A DNA stretch of 32,355 nt from a virus. Position numbers and translations under genes: made by a program. This document shows positions 29,564 through 32,355 of the stretch, piece by piece. The DNA is taken from positions 1-32,355 of IMG/VR virus record IMGVR_UViG_3300017786_000069. One strand, written 5' to 3'. Each line of letters starts with the position of its first letter. Within the stretch, counting starts at the first letter, position 1. Below the pieces are notes generated by a model, which ran no database searches, was not told where the DNA came from, and worked only from the letters and a program-made list of their open reading frames with translations.

Positions 29564-32355
29564 TGTCTGCTCAAACCATTAATATTTTCTTACAAAGATT
29601 ACCAGAATATGAAGGCACAACGTATCATAAAGATTTAAAGGGTATTGAGACTGCACCTTTGGGTATTGTTATTAATAATCGGCAAAATCAATCTATTGCT
29701 CAAAATCTTAATATTACTTTAGATAAAAACATATCTGTTAGCGATGCTGAAAAAATAGCAAGAGCAAGAGCAGAGCAAGATTTTACGGAACTTACTAGTT
29801 CTATTGGAAATAATTTTACACAATTAAAACCAGAGTATCAGGCTATTGTTCTTGATGCTAAATATAATGCTGGTACATTTCCCAAACTTGCTGAAAATCT
29901 TAACAACTTCCAAACATCGCCGACTCCAGACAACAGAACTGCTGTTATAAAAGAGTCTAGGAGAGTTGTTGGTGGAAAGCCTGTAAGGGGTTTAGATAAT
30001 AGGGCTTTTAAAGTTTTATTTGATTCTGGCATTGTATCATCATTAGATGACGTAAAGCCTATCCTTACACTTGCAAATACAACTGATAGACAGCCTACAG
30101 CTAAACAAGATAGAGATGATACACTTGAAAGTTTAACATTTGCAGAGTCTGTGCCTGGAACACCAATACCCAAGAAAAAACCAGAGTCTCCATTGCCAGT
30201 TGGTAGTATGCGTTTTACTGGTACATCAGAAGCACAACCAGAAGAAAGGCTACCTTCACGGTTTATTGAAACAAGACAACCAGATACACAATCGGTGCAA
30301 ACCGTTACTGATTCAGAAGAGCCTTTGTCTATCATCGAAACAAGAGAAGAAAAAACCCAACAGGCTGAACCAGAGCCAGATATACAAATATTAGAGCAAA
30401 GAGCAGTAGATGAGCCAGTTATAGAAGAGCCTGATAATATTGCTTTACTAGAAAGAAATAAACAGATTCAGGAATCTAAAAATATTCCAGAAATAACACA
30501 GCCACCAGACACCTTTAAAAAACCAACAAGAGATACAAATCTTCTTACTCCATCAAGACCCATTCCAGCATCACAGATACGAGCAACAGAAAGAGCTTTT
30601 GAAGCAGAAAAGAAAACACTGAGTCTTGATATTGCAAAAAGAGTAATTGATGAAGATTGGGGTCTTTCTTATGTTTTTGAGGGAAGAGAAGAGTTCAAAC
30701 CAGACCCAGATTTTGAACTAACAGAAAGTTTTTCTAAAGAATTGATAGCCGACTTACCAGAAGATTATCATGCGCCCATATTAGAAAATAGTTTTAGTGA
30801 ATCACAGGCGCGATTTCAAAGACAGGAAGCATTGAAACAGTTTGCTTTTGACAAGGATATAGGCGAGTTGGGATGGAAAGGTGTTGCTTTGAGAATGGGT
30901 GCTGCTGTAGTAGACCCTTTTGCTATAGCAGTAAGTATTGCAACTGAGGGTGTAGCTGCACCTTTGATTTGGGGTAATAAATTATCTAGGCTTGGCAGAG
31001 TATTTAGAGGAGCAACAACCGCTGGTGCAACAAACGCAGCCATTGAAGCATATCTTGTAAGCCAGAATGATTTTAAAGATCCATATGATATACTATACGC
31101 AATGAGTGCTGGTATTGTTCTTGGTGGCGGTGTGGGTGCATTGGGAAGAACAGATACGTCTGACCCTATGATAAAAGCACTCAGTAGAATGGCAACACAC
31201 GCAGACAATGCACAAAAGATTGAAACAACAAATGCAATTAAAGCAAACGTATTAGATGGTGATCCGAATAATGAATTATCAGTTGGTGCTGCTGTAAATC
31301 CAGATTCTTTGCCAAATCAGGTAAAAGAACTACGTTCTGATATTGATGATGTATTAGATAAAGCAGGAGAGCCAGTAGAAGCAGCGGCTACAAAATTAGG
31401 GCCAGTACCACTTAGATTTGATATGGCTGGGTATTTATTAAACAGTCCAAACAGGATAGCTAATTTTTTAGGAAGAATATTACCAGAAGACCCTGTTGGA
31501 TTTAGAAAAGATAAAAATCTTGTTATACAAGAGTCAGCAGATATTTTAAAAACAAATTCTATGAAATCATCTTTTGCACGATTTTACCAAGTGTATGATA
31601 CGGCTTATAAAGACTGGGCTAAAGGGCAAGGTTATGGTATTTTTAAAAGAACATTTAATGTTCCTCGCAGAGAGTTTGGAGAACTCGTTGCAGATGCTAT
31701 CGAAAACCCAGATTTGCCAGTAAGCGCACCAATAAGAACAGCAGCAAATAGACAAGCAGAAATACAAAGAGATTTATTAAGAGCAGCCAAAGAAGCAGGG
31801 GTTGAAGGGTTTGAAAATGTACCTGAAAATTTAAGTTATTTTACTCATCTTTGGGATGATTTTAAATTTAGGGATGCATCAGATAAATTTTCCACAGATT
31901 CGGTAATAAATTTGCTTACACGTTCTTTGATGAAAGGAACAGAAGATTTGCAAGAAGATGCTGCTAAACAAATTGCAAAAGGAATGTATATAAAATTATC
32001 AAGAAGTGCTGCTGGTATGGATGCTGGTGCTGCTCGATTGTTTAATGCAACCGATAGAGATGTTATGAGACAAATATTAATTGATGAAGAATATATGTCT
32101 GCTGAAGATGCAGATAAGTTAATGGGTTTATTTTCACAAAAACCAGATGGAACACCAGCTAGAGCAAAACGCAGATTACGTTTTGACATGAACCATGCAG
32201 AAACTGCTGTAAATAGAAAAGGTGTTCAAGAAGTATTAAGAATCAAAGACTTACAGGACAGAGACGCAGAGCAAGTATTCACACGATATGCAGCAGAATT
32301 ATCAGGCAGAAATGCACTTGCTAAAGTAGGAATAAAATCAGAAAGAAGTTTTAAC
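29563..32355 (+). CDS. Internal virion / ejection protein with N-terminal lysozyme-like domain (gp16 position); N-terminal 931 codons, continues at nt 124 after wrap-around
   Basis: ATG 29563 (TAATG). I read frame 1 codon by codon to 32355 and saw no stop. EYEGTTYHKDLKGIETAPLGIV...AIVLDAKYNAG resembles the GH24 catalytic region. Gly/Ala-rich hydrophobic stretches GAAVVDPFAIAVSIATEGVAAPLIWG and AMSAGIVLGGGVGALG. Confidence 0.8.
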   Translation, partial: MSAQTINIFLQRLPEYEGTTYHKDLKGIETAPLGIVINNRQNQSIAQNLNITLDKNISVSDAEKIARARAEQDFTELTSSIGNNFTQLKPEYQAIVLDAKYNAGTFPKLAENLNNFQTSPTPDNRTAVIKESRRVVGGKPVRGLDNRAFKVLFDSGIVSSLDDVKPILTLANTTDRQPTAKQDRDDTLESLTFAESVPGTPIPKKKPESPLPVGSMRFTGTSEAQPEERLPSRFIETRQPDTQSVQTVTDSEEPLSIIETREEKTQQAEPEPDIQILEQRAVDEPVIEEPDNIALLERNKQIQESKNIPEITQPPDTFKKPTRDTNLLTPSRPIPASQIRATERAFEAEKKTLSLDIAKRVIDEDWGLSYVFEGREEFKPDPDFELTESFSKELIADLPEDYHAPILENSFSESQARFQRQEALKQFAFDKDIGELGWKGVALRMGAAVVDPFAIAVSIATEGVAAPLIWGNKLSRLGRVFRGATTAGATNAAIEAYLVSQNDFKDPYDILYAMSAGIVLGGGVGALGRTDTSDPMIKALSRMATHADNAQKIETTNAIKANVLDGDPNNELSVGAAVNPDSLPNQVKELRSDIDDVLDKAGEPVEAAATKLGPVPLRFDMAGYLLNSPNRIANFLGRILPEDPVGFRKDKNLVIQESADILKTNSMKSSFARFYQVYDTAYKDWAKGQGYGIFKRTFNVPRREFGELVADAIENPDLPVSAPIRTAANRQAEIQRDLLRAAKEAGVEGFENVPENLSYFTHLWDDFKFRDASDKFSTDSVINLLTRSLMKGTEDLQEDAAKQIAKGMYIKLSRSAAGMDAGAARLFNATDRDVMRQILIDEEYMSAEDADKLMGLFSQKPDGTPARAKRRLRFDMNHAETAVNRKGVQEVLRIKDLQDRDAEQVFTRYAAELSGRNALAKVGIKSERSFN
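32233..32355. repeat. Terminal direct repeat, copy 2
   Basis: Identical to nt 1-123. Confidence 0.95.

Noticed and set aside
29838-32189. ORF-track entries 29838..30335(-), 30140..30394(+), 30816..31208(-), 31567..31767(-), 31845..32189(-)
   Set aside because: All lie inside, and antisense or out of frame to, the continuous frame-1 gene 29563..32355. That gene has a coupled start and continues through the circular junction.
1-32355. tRNA genes, CRISPR arrays, integrase/attP, transposases, and a diversity-generating retroelement in the fibre region
   Set aside because: I saw no cloverleaf-like GTTCGAAT-type sequences in the non-coding regions and no regularly spaced short repeats. No tyrosine- or serine-recombinase-like ORF and no reverse-transcriptase-like ORF is present. 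The fibre repeats are in-frame protein repeats, not template/variable repeat pairs.
1-32355. T7-type single-subunit RNAP promoters
   Set aside because: No phage RNAP gene is present, and I saw no recurring 20-23-nt promoter-like consensus. The intergenic signals look sigma70-like instead.

Overview
The window is a complete, circularly closed genome of a small tailed phage (podovirus-type), about 32,232 bp unique and roughly 39% GC by eye. Nt 1-123 are repeated exactly at 32233-32355. The repeat lies in-frame inside one very large gene, so the window is a linearised circle. That gene (29563..32355, continuing 1..1524; about 1,397 codons) is missing from the supplied ORF track because it has no stop before the window end.

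Layout:
- Late arm, + strand (15785 -> 32355, wrapping to 1 -> 9428): small and large terminase, a poly-proline micro-protein, portal, scaffold, major capsid protein, possible decoration protein, T7 gp11-like adaptor, gp12-like nozzle, a GNAT-fold protein, three internal virion proteins (the last with an N-terminal lysozyme-like domain), two tail fibres, a cluster of small membrane proteins, a 3-TM holin, a T4-lysozyme-type endolysin, and a run of tiny Lys-rich ORFs.
- Non-structural arm (9412..15784, about 6.4 kb): a leftward recombination module (PD-(D/E)XK exonuclease, coiled-coil protein, possible annealing protein, small OB-like protein, degenerate HNH-like protein), a rightward module (winged-helix protein, Cro-like HTH, SPPY DNA methyltransferase, Hjc-like resolvase), and a leftward cassette of six micro-genes ending in an XRE HTH.

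I see no DNA or RNA polymerase, primase, helicase, integrase, tRNA or CRISPR array. Most genes are translationally coupled (ATGA / TAATG overlaps) and many have clear AGGAG-type ribosome-binding sites.

For follow-up I would prioritise:
- the polybasic micro-ORF cluster wrapped around the endolysin, in a genome with no recognisable spanins
- the EF-hand membrane protein in the lysis region
- the GNAT protein and the triple beta-barrel insertions in the tail and ejection module
- the two fibres sharing one anchor domain
- the palindromic overlapping divergent promoters
- the micro-gene cassette

All functional calls come from motif reading by eye. No database search was run.
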